DNA from: a virus
Taxonomy: Duplodnaviria; Caudoviricetes
IMG/VR virus record: IMGVR_UViG_3300010222_000005
Coordinates: 1-52,879 of that record
Reading direction: 5' to 3' (one strand)
Length of the DNA: 52,879 bases
Within the stretch, counting starts at the first letter, position 1; every line of letters starts with the position of its first letter. A program made the translations under genes and the position numbers. Of the stretch, positions 8,879-18,167 are shown piece after piece. The notes beneath the pieces are model-generated. The model ran no database searches, had not been told where the DNA came from, and saw only the letters and a list, made by a program, of their open reading frames with translations.

Positions 8879-9129
8879 GCCTGGCGTTGGGCGGGAAGCT
8901 GGCCGACCGAAATGCCGAAGCAGCCCTTGAGGATGTTGACCCGCGCGAGGTCGACTGCCCGAACCCAGAGTGTGACGGTACCGTCGACGCCCAGCGGGTG
9001 ATCACCGGCGGCTTCGAGTCGGCGTGCTGCGGCAGTACGTACGCCGAGCTTCGGGACGCCGCCACAGCCGATCAGGAGGAGGAACGGGAGCCGATGGAAG
9101 ACGCCTATCAGTTCGAGGTTGAATCATGA
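8875..9129 (+). CDS. Cys-containing small protein
   Basis: CPNPEC...CCG; GTGA overlap with the previous gene. Confidence 0.7.
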   Translation: MSLALGGKLADRNAEAALEDVDPREVDCPNPECDGTVDAQRVITGGFESACCGSTYAELRDAATADQEEEREPMEDAYQFEVES

Positions 9130-9490
9130 CCGTCAGTCACACGTCAGACAGAGCAGAGCGACCGCACAGGCTTTTGGGTGCGTCCGCCGCAGACTATATA
9201 ACGCTACGTTTCGACTCGAAATGCAACAGGACAGGAGAACCCAGCAGACGCTCACCGGTTGAGTGGCAGGCGGGGGCGTGGCGGCCCCCTAAGAGCTCAC
9301 CCTTGCTCCCTGCTTCTCCCCGGGTAGGTATAAGCCTAACGCCCAGTGGTAGCCGTGGCTTTGCGGTTCGTCGCGACGGCCGCGGTCGCCGCGGGGGTAG
9401 GCGCAGCTGGTCTCACGTCCGAGACCCCATGCTCGCCAACTCGACGACTCCGCGGTCCCAGCACCCCGTCGTTCGTGGGGGTAGCGCCCG

Positions 9491-12019
9491 GTGACCGACG
9501 AACTCAACACCGGACCCACCCTCACCGCGACCGACGAGCCGCCGCTGTCGGCCATCAATATCGGCGCCGATCAGCCACCCAGCGCCTTCTGGGCGGCGCT
9601 GCTCGACGACGACCGTGTTCGAGATTTGTTCGCACGGGCGGCGCGGGCCTTCGCGAGTGGGCGGACGGTCCCGCAGCTGTACGACTCTCTTGAGGAGCGC
9701 GACGTGCCGTTCTGGTTACACTCCTGGATTCGCGATGTCGCCCGTGGCGACAAGACAGCCGCACTGCTGCTGGCCGGCCGCCTGCTTCCTGGCCTCGGCC
9801 ACGGCCACTCTAGCCTCGACGACATTTCACCCGTCATCGGCTTACTGGAGGCCGTCGAGAGCCCAGCCCCAACCATCGCCGTTCACGTCGACGACAGCTT
9901 TCGGGACCGGTTGCGCCAGCAGCGCGAGGCCGTCCTAGAGCTGGTCGTCCAGCTCTCCCAGCATCTCGACGTCCAGCTGGTCGCAACGCAGGTGACCGGC
10001 CGGTGGCTCCTACAGCAGCACCGCGAGACGCTGCCCCGCGTTAGCGACTGGTCGATTGCTCCCCCCGACGCCCCACCGACCGAGGCGGCTGTTGCTGAGG
10101 CCTGTGACGCACTCAATTCCGACGGCCGCTCGGTCGCCATCCTCCGCCGACTGGCCGCGTGTCCGTCCGGGAGCCAGACCTACGGCGAGGCCTACGCTGC
10201 GGCGACCGTCAACGAGAGCCGCGTGCGCCAGTGTTTCGACACTCTCGCCGAGGTCGGCCTCGTTGAACGCTTCGGGCCCGACCAAGACCGACGCGTCGAG
10301 ATTCTCGTGGCGGGCTACGAGTTTCTTGAGAAGCTGGACGCCGAGGTCGGCCGCCAGCAGTCGCTTGAGGAGTGCGTTAGCGACCCCCCAAAATCTCACC
10401 CACAGGCCGTGTTATCCCGCGCAAGCTCGGGAGGGGGGGATGGACGGGGACTGCCGTACCGGACCGCCTGGTGCAGCCGTTCCGAGCAGTGTCTTATCGG
10501 CGGAGCCGCCGACAGCGGGGCGGTGACGCTGGCCGAGACCGCCGAACCAGCCGATGCGGACGGCGAAGCGCGGCGGGAGCGGCGGATCTCCTACGATGCG
10601 GACCGCGATGAGGTCCAGGTCAGCGTCGGCGTCGCCGGAGGCCTCCAGTACATAGTGAGTACTGCCGTGGCGTTAGCGTCTGCGCCGCTGTTGGAGCGAG
10701 CGCTCCCCGATGACCGCCTTGAGGCTATCGACGAGGAACACGAGTGGCTGCGGGGTGCCCGAAACATCGGATACCTATCTAACGAGGACCTCAAGTCCCC
10801 CGACGACATCCGGCAGGCGTTCGTCGACGCCGGCGAGGAGCTCGAGGACCTGACGCGGGACCTCTTTCGCGGCGAGTACGATGACCGCGACCGGTTCCGG
10901 GCCGACATAATGCGGTTCGCTCACGGCCTGGCAGGGTCCATCGTTCACCTATTCGATGCTGCTGGCGTGACGGTCCAGCGCCGACTTCGCCTCGCCGATG
11001 GCCTTGGGGCCGACAAGCTCCGGGAGATCGCGAAGACGGTCGGCATCAGCAGTGCCATCCAGTCCCGATACGGCTCCTTTGCGGTCTATCGACAGCTCTA
11101 CGAGACCGACGCCGGACAGCCCGCCCTCTCTCCGACGGTTGACGCCGTCGACCCGGTCGGCCACGTCATCGGGAGCACCGTGATCACGGGCCCCGACGTC
11201 GCCCGGCTCCGGGACTCGTTGACTTCACGACTCCGACAGCCCGGCACGCCCATGGAGGATACCGAGGAGTTCGTCGTCCGGATGGCCGTTCGACGGCTCG
11301 GTCGCGACGGTTTCCGGGCGGTCCTCGGCCGGGTCCTTCAGCACAAAAACCTGCATCCGACGGCCGACACCGTCGACCTGCTGTGGGGGCTGGCGCCCTG
11401 CCCAGCGGCGGTTGCCGAGGCGGCGATGCGCCGGCTACAGCGCGACGAGCCACGGGACGTCCGGGTCGACGAGGCGCGTCAGATACTCCGCGGTGTCGAC
11501 CCGGTGGCGCTGCTGCCGGACCTGCCGTCGACGGTCGGGGCGGTCGTGGCGGCGCTGCTGGATGTTGACGACCATGTCTCCCAGCGGGCCCTCGCCGACG
11601 GCGCCGGCGTCTCGACGCAGTCCGTTCGCAACAACCGCGAGTTCCTCGAGGCGCTGGACGTCGTCGACATCAGCGCCGACGGCTGGCGGCTGGCCGTTGC
11701 GCACAACAGTCGCGAGGAGCGACGCGACCCCCGGCTCCCGGCGCCGGTCGGGACGGCACTCCCCGAGGCCCTTGACCTGCTCGTCGCGACGGTGCTACCG
11801 CCCGACCGGTACGGCGACTCCGACGACCCGGTCGGGAGCGTCCTCCACTGGCCGCCGGATCCGTGGCGGTTGCTCGATGGTGACCACGAGCTGGGCCCGT
11901 GGCTGGCGCTGGCGGCCCGCTTCACCGGTGCCGACCGGCCCGAGAAGCCGTCGACGGTCGAGATGGGGCCGACCATCGCCCAGGCGCCCATTGCCGACGA
12001 CGGGAGGCCCGCGGCATGA
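9491..12019 (+). CDS. repH: RepH-like plasmid replication initiator
   Basis: 842 aa. Motifs recalled from haloarchaeal RepH proteins (AHGLAGSIVHL, YRQLYE, PTVDAVDPVG..IGS.VI.GP), an internal wHTH and a C-terminal HTH (SQRALADGAGVSTQSVRNN). Confidence 0.75.
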   Translation: MTDELNTGPTLTATDEPPLSAINIGADQPPSAFWAALLDDDRVRDLFARAARAFASGRTVPQLYDSLEERDVPFWLHSWIRDVARGDKTAALLLAGRLLPGLGHGHSSLDDISPVIGLLEAVESPAPTIAVHVDDSFRDRLRQQREAVLELVVQLSQHLDVQLVATQVTGRWLLQQHRETLPRVSDWSIAPPDAPPTEAAVAEACDALNSDGRSVAILRRLAACPSGSQTYGEAYAAATVNESRVRQCFDTLAEVGLVERFGPDQDRRVEILVAGYEFLEKLDAEVGRQQSLEECVSDPPKSHPQAVLSRASSGGGDGRGLPYRTAWCSRSEQCLIGGAADSGAVTLAETAEPADADGEARRERRISYDADRDEVQVSVGVAGGLQYIVSTAVALASAPLLERALPDDRLEAIDEEHEWLRGARNIGYLSNEDLKSPDDIRQAFVDAGEELEDLTRDLFRGEYDDRDRFRADIMRFAHGLAGSIVHLFDAAGVTVQRRLRLADGLGADKLREIAKTVGISSAIQSRYGSFAVYRQLYETDAGQPALSPTVDAVDPVGHVIGSTVITGPDVARLRDSLTSRLRQPGTPMEDTEEFVVRMAVRRLGRDGFRAVLGRVLQHKNLHPTADTVDLLWGLAPCPAAVAEAAMRRLQRDEPRDVRVDEARQILRGVDPVALLPDLPSTVGAVVAALLDVDDHVSQRALADGAGVSTQSVRNNREFLEALDVVDISADGWRLAVAHNSREERRDPRLPAPVGTALPEALDLLVATVLPPDRYGDSDDPVGSVLHWPPDPWRLLDGDHELGPWLALAARFTGADRPEKPSTVEMGPTIAQAPIADDGRPAA

Positions 12020-12732
12020 CCGACGAGCAGTCGTCGGGCAGCATGGAACGTTCTCCAGAGGCTATTGCCCGCCGCGCAGAGCAGCTTCGTCGCGACGAAT
12101 TCGAGAAGGTAGAGGTCGCCGACGTCGACTATACCTGCTGGCGCTGGAAGGTCGGCGGCAAGGAGCCGAATGGGAAGCCCACGCGCATTGGGAAGTGGAC
12201 CTTCGCGACGAAGATGGTCCGCGACATTGTTCTGGACCATATTGACGGCCGGGTGTTGAATGCCTGCGCCGGGGAGACGAAGCTACGGAAGCGCGGCTGT
12301 GACATCGTTCGGAACGACATCGACGAGGACATTGACGCCGATCTGCACGTCGACGTTCGGGAAGTTCATGGACACTTCCCCGACGAGTCGTTCGATTCGG
12401 TGATTCTTGACCCGCCGTTTGACCCTGGCCGCGCGGCGAAATTGTACGAAGGCTGGCACGGACAGGAATACAGCCACGCCCGCGATGCTGTCGGACAGCT
12501 CGTCAAGCCTGGCGGGACAGTCGTTGAACTCGGCTGGAACTCCTACGGTCTACACGACGTGAACGACGACGACCGGCCCCCGTGGGCGCGACAGGCGTGG
12601 TACGTCTATCCGCAGGCGTCGTTCAAGGGAGACATCAACCTGAAAGTCGACCAGAAGGTCAACCAGCAGCGCCTCGTTGCGACGAACGGCCAGCGGTCTC
12701 TCGCGCCGGAGAACGAGCAGGAGGACGACTAG
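12016..12732 (+). CDS. Putative amino (N6A/N4C) DNA methyltransferase
   Basis: SAM-binding-like VLNACAG followed by catalytic VILDPPF; LVKPGG. Confidence 0.7.
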   Translation: MTDEQSSGSMERSPEAIARRAEQLRRDEFEKVEVADVDYTCWRWKVGGKEPNGKPTRIGKWTFATKMVRDIVLDHIDGRVLNACAGETKLRKRGCDIVRNDIDEDIDADLHVDVREVHGHFPDESFDSVILDPPFDPGRAAKLYEGWHGQEYSHARDAVGQLVKPGGTVVELGWNSYGLHDVNDDDRPPWARQAWYVYPQASFKGDINLKVDQKVNQQRLVATNGQRSLAPENEQEDD

Positions 12733-13169
12733 TGACCGAAACCGACCTCTTCAAGGAGTCATCCTACGACCCCGTCGGCGCCACCGAGCACGTCCTCCAG
12801 GCGCTCAAGCAGAACACCGGCACCTCGGAGGACGACCTGTCACCGTCGTTCTCGGAGCGCGGCCTCCGGACGGTCTGCTGTGCTGACGGCTCGCTCACCG
12901 CGGAGCAACTCGACTACTGCGTCAAGCGGGCCATCGACCAAAACGACATCCTGTCGTACCGGACCGACCGCCAGTATCAGTTTGTCCTTCGCGATGCAGC
13001 TCACCTCACCGCCCTCGCCGAGCAGTGGGGCGACGCCCGACACCACCGGTCGGCTCGTGACCGCCTCCGGCAGCTAATTAGGACGGTCTCCGAGGCCGAC
13101 GACCTCGACGATGAAGCGACCCAGCAGATCGTCGCGGCCGCTAACCAAGCACTTCAGGAACTCTCATGA
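12732..13169 (+). CDS. Hypothetical protein
   Basis: GTG overlaps the stop of the MTase; GGAGG upstream. Confidence 0.7.
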   Translation: MTETDLFKESSYDPVGATEHVLQALKQNTGTSEDDLSPSFSERGLRTVCCADGSLTAEQLDYCVKRAIDQNDILSYRTDRQYQFVLRDAAHLTALAEQWGDARHHRSARDRLRQLIRTVSEADDLDDEATQQIVAAANQALQELS

Positions 13170-13426
13170 CGACGACCAGCCTCCGAGACGGCCCCAAGTC
13201 GGTCCGCGAGGAACTGCCGCCGTCGTGCAAACTAACGTACCTCGTCCTGCAGGCCAACGGCCGGCTGACACAACAGGAGCTCGTCGAGAAGACGGCACTC
13301 TCTCCGCGGACAGTCCGGTATGCGGTCGACCGGCTTGAGGAGGCCGACGTGATTGCTTCGGAGTGGTCGGTGAAGGACGCCCGCCAGCGGCAGTATCGAA
13401 TACCGGCACCGAATTCCGATAGATAA
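13166..13426 (+). CDS. MarR-like winged-HTH regulator
   Basis: LPPSCKL...LTQQELVEKTALSPRTVRYAVDRLEE...DARQRQY. Confidence 0.88.
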   Translation: MTTTSLRDGPKSVREELPPSCKLTYLVLQANGRLTQQELVEKTALSPRTVRYAVDRLEEADVIASEWSVKDARQRQYRIPAPNSDR

Positions 13427-13427
13427 C

Positions 13428-13440
13428 GACCTTTTATAGA
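13428..13440 (+). promoter_or_regulatory. TATA-like element ahead of the putative late region
   Basis: CTTTTATAG immediately after the stop codon of the MarR-like gene. Confidence 0.45.
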
Positions 13441-13594
13441 GCGGCGTGAATAGCCGACAACCAGACCCCCGTCGACCGCATGCTGCGAACGCCACTGCGG
13501 AGGGGGCAATAGCGGGCCCGTGATTTTCAACAGCGATCCGTCTCTTCTGCACCGTTCACCGACCATCAGCACCTGCGGCACCCGAACCTACCAC

Positions 13595-14206
13595 ATGTCA
13601 ACAACATCCGAGACAGCTGACGGCCCGACACGAGAGTGCAAGCACCCGAACTGCTCGACAATCGGCCGCGTCTGGGAGTTTCACCACGGAAAGTTCTGCT
13701 CCAACGAGTGCGAAACGCGGCAGAACGCTCGGGAGGCAGTACTCGCAAGCATCGAATATGACCACACGGTCTGCTACACCTGCTTCCGAACGCTGAAACG
13801 GCTCATCGAACCGAAGCCTGATTTCGAGTTCACCGAGCGGGGCCACGGCTGGACGCTCGACGAGGACGGCGAGCCGACGCTGGTGTTCTACTCTCAAGAG
13901 ATTACTCGGCAGGCCGCCGAGGGACGGCAGTACCTCACCCCCCCGGCCGGCAAGGGAGAAAAACAGCGCCGGGCGAACGTCGGTCAGGGCCTCACCGACG
14001 AGGTTGTGACCGGCACGATCTGTGAGGCCTGCGGGCAGACCGACCACCGCGAGCACCACGCGCTACTCGCGGGTCGAAAGGCCATCGGCCGGCTGGTCAC
14101 CCGAATCCAGACCCTCAAGGACACGAGCGTCGACCCTCATCGCCTCCATCGAGAGCACGCCACACACGGCGACGTCGAACTGGCGGTCGGGCGGGCGCTG
14201 GAATAA
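13595..14206 (+). CDS. Multi-CxxC Zn-binding protein
   Basis: CKHPNC, FCSNEC, CYTC, CEACG. Confidence 0.8.
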   Translation: MSTTSETADGPTRECKHPNCSTIGRVWEFHHGKFCSNECETRQNAREAVLASIEYDHTVCYTCFRTLKRLIEPKPDFEFTERGHGWTLDEDGEPTLVFYSQEITRQAAEGRQYLTPPAGKGEKQRRANVGQGLTDEVVTGTICEACGQTDHREHHALLAGRKAIGRLVTRIQTLKDTSVDPHRLHREHATHGDVELAVGRALE

Positions 14207-14212
14207 CCGCCC

Positions 14213-14248
14213 TGTACAGACCGTACGGGGCGTACGGCACGTACGGCA
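14213..14248. repeat. Four 9-bp-period units (CGTACGG[GC][GA]-like)
   Basis: TGTACAGAC CGTACGGGG CGTACGGCA CGTACGGCA, intergenic. Confidence 0.8.
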
Positions 14249-14257
14249 CATTAAGAG

Positions 14258-14494
14258 ATGCAACCGATGTCGATCAACGCACAGCAGCCTCCAGAGCGAG
14301 TCGCTTACGAAACGCTTGAAGGCACAATCGAGACGCGTGCGGTCGTGGACGAGCGGCTGCACATCGAAAACTGTCAGCCGAGGCAACTGCTCAAGGTCGA
14401 GGCGGGCGACGCCGGCCGCTGGCTGCACCGCGAGGAGGTCATCGCGACCAATCCCGAACTGCAACTTGAGAACTCCACAGATGAGAGACCATGA
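14258..14494 (+). CDS. Hypothetical protein
   Basis: Acidic 78-aa ORF. Confidence 0.6.
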   Translation: MQPMSINAQQPPERVAYETLEGTIETRAVVDERLHIENCQPRQLLKVEAGDAGRWLHREEVIATNPELQLENSTDERP

Positions 14495-14497
14495 ACG

Positions 14498-14767
14498 ATG
14501 AAAAGAGCACGACGAGTCGGCGGACTGCTGGCGCTGGGGACATTGCTGGCCCTGGTCAGCGCACATACCGTTCACCCGGAGATTGTCCTCCAGAGCGAAG
14601 ACAAACTGCTGCTGACGGCTATCGTGTCGGCGCTGTTGGGCGTCGACATCCTCTCAAAGCGCTCCAACGTGATTCGCGGCGCATTGTCCGGCGCTGTCGC
14701 CGGCGCCCTCGAAGAAACTGGGCGCGAACGCGGCGACCAGGGAGGCGACGATGACGGCGGGGACTGA
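14498..14767 (+). CDS. Small 2-TM membrane protein (holin-like candidate)
   Basis: Basic N-terminus, two hydrophobic segments, charged tail. Confidence 0.65.
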   Translation: MKRARRVGGLLALGTLLALVSAHTVHPEIVLQSEDKLLLTAIVSALLGVDILSKRSNVIRGALSGAVAGALEETGRERGDQGGDDDGGD

Positions 14768-15122
14768 GCTGGTCGACACGATCGGCCTCATCGCGGGGTC
14801 GTTGTGGCTCGGCGGCGCCGTGTGGTGGCAGGTGATTGCGACCCGGCGCTGTCCTGTCCGGTACTCGCTGGCCATGACGATCGTCGGTATCTCGCTGATG
14901 TTCGGGAGCTCGGCGCTGGTGCTGCGGTCGGTCTCGAAGGCGACTGTCGCGTTGGGCGTCCTCGCAAACGTGCTGATGCTCGTGTTGGCGGTCGCCGTTC
15001 ATGTCCATCTCTCGCGAACTCTCTCCGGCGACGGGCGCGACGATGAGGACGACGAGAACGACGATACCCCGGGAAACGGTCGCGGGGAGGTGGGCCATAC
15101 GCTCGACTCCAATCGGCGATGA
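14751..15122 (+). CDS. 3-TM membrane protein (holin-like candidate)
   Basis: Three hydrophobic segments and an acidic C-terminal tail. Confidence 0.65.
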   Translation: MTAGTELVDTIGLIAGSLWLGGAVWWQVIATRRCPVRYSLAMTIVGISLMFGSSALVLRSVSKATVALGVLANVLMLVLAVAVHVHLSRTLSGDGRDDEDDENDDTPGNGRGEVGHTLDSNRR

Positions 15123-15319
15123 CCGAGCCCGGCGACGGGAACGACAAGAGCGACTCGCTGCCGGATGATTTTGACTCCGACCCCGAAGGCCCCGACGGCC
15201 GCGATTATCCCGGCCCCGACCCCGACCGCTCGGACGTCACGACCGCCATTGAAGACGGCGACCTCTACGTCTACGCCGAGGAGGACCTCGAGGACATCGC
15301 CGCCGAGGTGTTCGCTTAG
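15119..15319 (+). CDS. Small acidic protein
   Basis: ATGA-coupled; GGAGGTG upstream. Confidence 0.55.
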   Translation: MTEPGDGNDKSDSLPDDFDSDPEGPDGRDYPGPDPDRSDVTTAIEDGDLYVYAEEDLEDIAAEVFA

Positions 15320-15410
15320 GTCCGACATCTTGAGGGAGTTGACGACGCGCAAGCGAGCGAAATCGCGGACATGATCTACGATCTGCACACCGGCGACTGG
15401 CTCCACACCG

Positions 15411-16895
15411 ATGAATGATACCTCCGACACCCCTGATCTCACGGACCGGCAGCGCGAGATACTCGCGGCGCTCCCTCAAGACTCGCTCCGAACATGGGGC
15501 GAGGCGGTTGGTATCGAAAAGAGCGGGGCGGAGTCAGCAAAGTCTCGGCTCAACGGTCATGACGGCATCGATGTCAAGTACGCCGACGGTGAGTGGCGAA
15601 ATACAGGACCGCTCGATCTGGCCGACGGCCCATCCCGGGAGAGTGCGGACAGTGACACGGACACGACGCTGCCGGACCCTGAGGATGGACCCGACAAAAG
15701 CGGTGACGACGAGGACGGTGATAGAGCAGACGCGACGGAGCTCCCAGAGCTCGGGAAGCCGGAGTACGAGGCCATCCGGGCACTCCCCGCAACAGTTGCC
15801 GAACTCGACGGCGCGGTCGATCAGGACCCACATGCGGCCCTAGAGTTACTTCGCGACGATGGCGTCGAAATCGGCTACGACCCCGACGCCGAGAAGTACT
15901 ACCTCGAGGACGAGCGGTCCAAGCAACTCCGGTCGAAATCGCACCTCTCGCTGACCGCGAAGACGAAGCGGGCGAAAAGGCACCTCCGCGAGGAGCAAGC
16001 CATCCTCGCCCGGCGCCCAGACACGACGCCACTCTCCATCACAGGGTTTAACCCGGCGCCAGACGCCGAGACGATGGTCGCAGCGTTTGGCGACCTCCAC
16101 TTCGGCGACGAGGTCACCGACGACCGTGGCCGCGTTGAGTACGATCGGGAGGTGGCCCACGAGGCGGCCGACCGATTCGCCCGTGAGGTCATCCGGCACA
16201 AGCAGCAGTGGGCGCCGACCTTCGACGAGTGCGTCGTCCCGATTTTGGGCGACGTTGCGACCGGAACGCAGATCTACGATACGCAGCAGACAGAAATCGG
16301 AGACTTACTCGCCCAGCAGATTACGGATGGCTCTCAGGCGCTGACCCGCATCATCTCGACGCTCCGAGAGTACTTCGAGGCCGTCCGCGTGTACTGCGTC
16401 GTCGGGAACCACGGCTTCCAGTCCCCGTCGGCGGCCCGCGGGTCCAACACCGACCTCATCTGCTATAAGTGGATGGACGACGCGCTCCGACGCGAGGGAT
16501 ACGACGACGTTGAGGTCACCATCGCTGACTCGACGCACCACCTCAACTTTGAGGTCCGAGGCTGGCGGTTCCACATTCGTCACGGGCAGGACTCCCAGAC
16601 CCAGGTGGACGAGACGGCTCGGTCGGAGGCCGACTGGCGCGGCTGGCGCGACAAGCACCGATTCGACGTCGGGATTCGCGGCCATCATCACGTCCCGAGC
16701 CTGCACTGGGTACTGAACCGGTACCCGGTCGTCACGACGCCGTCGCCGAAGCCCGGTGGCGAGTTTGCCGACCGTATCGGCGACCCCGACGCCTCAACGC
16801 CGGCCGACCGGGCGACCGAGCGGAAGCTGGGCTACTGCTTCGGCGTTTCCGACGACCGGCGCATCACTGACTCGCGGATGACCGACGCCGGATGA
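15411..16895 (+). CDS. HTH-fused calcineurin-like metallophosphoesterase
   Basis: All five motifs present: GDLHFG, LGD, GNHG, RHG, GHHH; N-terminal HTH-like segments (LTDRQREIL). Confidence 0.88.
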   Translation: MNDTSDTPDLTDRQREILAALPQDSLRTWGEAVGIEKSGAESAKSRLNGHDGIDVKYADGEWRNTGPLDLADGPSRESADSDTDTTLPDPEDGPDKSGDDEDGDRADATELPELGKPEYEAIRALPATVAELDGAVDQDPHAALELLRDDGVEIGYDPDAEKYYLEDERSKQLRSKSHLSLTAKTKRAKRHLREEQAILARRPDTTPLSITGFNPAPDAETMVAAFGDLHFGDEVTDDRGRVEYDREVAHEAADRFAREVIRHKQQWAPTFDECVVPILGDVATGTQIYDTQQTEIGDLLAQQITDGSQALTRIISTLREYFEAVRVYCVVGNHGFQSPSAARGSNTDLICYKWMDDALRREGYDDVEVTIADSTHHLNFEVRGWRFHIRHGQDSQTQVDETARSEADWRGWRDKHRFDVGIRGHHHVPSLHWVLNRYPVVTTPSPKPGGEFADRIGDPDASTPADRATERKLGYCFGVSDDRRITDSRMTDAG

Positions 16896-17190
16896 CCGTC
16901 TTCCCGTTCGCCCGTCTCATCGCGGCCGGGCTTCTGACTATTCGCCGGCACCGATATCGGGCGCTCCTCCGAGACGGCGTTCGGAACGCCCGAGCCGTCG
17001 TCCGCGAGTCCGACGCCGTGTGGCTCCAGCGGAGTGCCTGCCAAGGCTACTGACCGATGATGCTCTCCGGACGGCTGCTCCTCTGGACGGTCCTCGCCGC
17101 CGGCGCCGTCTGGCACTTGCTCATCATCGTCTACGCCTACTGGCTCTCGCCGACGCTCTCAGTTGACCTCGACGAGGAGGACCGCCATCC

Positions 17191-17406
17191 ATGACCAACC
17201 GAACGACGATCTCCTGTTCACGAGAGACGAAAGCCCTCCTCGACGAGCTGCGCGACGGACGGCCGTGGGACGAGTTCCTCCAGGACCTCGCTGAGGGCGA
17301 CGAGAATTCAAATGAATTCGACGGGCAGCCGCTCACGGCTGATGACGTCTCGCTGATTGCCGGCGAAGTAGCGGACGAGGTAGAAAACCGCATGACGACG
17401 CGCTGA
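17191..17406 (+). CDS. Small RHH/antitoxin-like DNA-binding protein
   Basis: RTTISCSRETKALLDELR...WDEFLQDL; GAGGAGG upstream. Confidence 0.7.
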   Translation: MTNRTTISCSRETKALLDELRDGRPWDEFLQDLAEGDENSNEFDGQPLTADDVSLIAGEVADEVENRMTTR

Positions 17407-17424
17407 ATTCAATTCAATTCGCCA

Positions 17425-17628
17425 GTGAGCGAGTGCGAGCGCTGCGGCGCCGGCCTTAAGGAGAAGGACAACCGCGGCTGGTACCGCGACTACTGCCGCG
17501 AGTGCATCAACGAACTGGGCCAGACCGACCGCCACATCGACACTTGTGACTGCGAGTACTGTCCGGTCTGCTACTCGCACCCTGATGGCACCGCGACGCA
17601 CGTCGAGTACGAGCACTTAGACCTATGA
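17425..17628 (+). CDS. Zn-finger microprotein
   Basis: CERCG...CREC...CDCEYCPVC. Confidence 0.7.
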   Translation: MSECERCGAGLKEKDNRGWYRDYCRECINELGQTDRHIDTCDCEYCPVCYSHPDGTATHVEYEHLDL

Positions 17629-18167
17629 CTGACGACGAGATCTGTGGAGCGGCAACGGTGGATGATAAACCGTGCCAAAACCCGGCTGACGAGAACGGCT
17701 GCTGTTGGATTCCTTCACACCAGCCCGGCTCGGGAGACGATGTCGAGAATCCCGGCCGCCCGTCCAAGTTTACCTACAAGCGCGGCCACTTGGCCCTCAA
17801 GGCGGCCCGCGAAGGGAAGTCGAAGAGCGGGTGCGCGCGAGCCGCTGGCGTCCATCGGTCAACTCTTGATGAGTGGTCCGACTGGGATGGTGGCAAACTA
17901 TTCGGGCCGCTGTACTTTCCCGCAGCCTTCGCGCAGGCGCGCGGCTACGGCGAGGACGAGTGGGTAGAGGAAGGCCGCGGCGACGACGGCGACTCATCGT
18001 TTGCGAAGTTCATGCTCGCAACCTCCTACGAGTACGAGAAGACCGAGAAACGCGAGGTTGACGCCAGCCACGAACACACCGGTGAGGGTGGCGGGCCAAT
18101 CCGGGTTGAGTTCAACGAAACGACTGTTGAGACGGACTGGTCGCCGCCCGAGGAAGACAATGAGTAG
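17625..18167 (+). CDS. terS: Terminase small subunit (putative)
   Basis: N-terminal CGA..C..CxxxH finger, GRPSKF, HTH (CARAAGVHRSTLDEW), EHTGEGGGPI tail; directly upstream of TerL. Confidence 0.8.
   Translation: MTDDEICGAATVDDKPCQNPADENGCCWIPSHQPGSGDDVENPGRPSKFTYKRGHLALKAAREGKSKSGCARAAGVHRSTLDEWSDWDGGKLFGPLYFPAAFAQARGYGEDEWVEEGRGDDGDSSFAKFMLATSYEYEKTEKREVDASHEHTGEGGGPIRVEFNETTVETDWSPPEEDNE

Noticed and set aside
9126-9494. 122-aa ORF or origin upstream of repH
   Set aside because: Arg/Ser/Pro-rich and unlike a halophile protein; TATA-like words are present but no clear iterons. Left uncalled.
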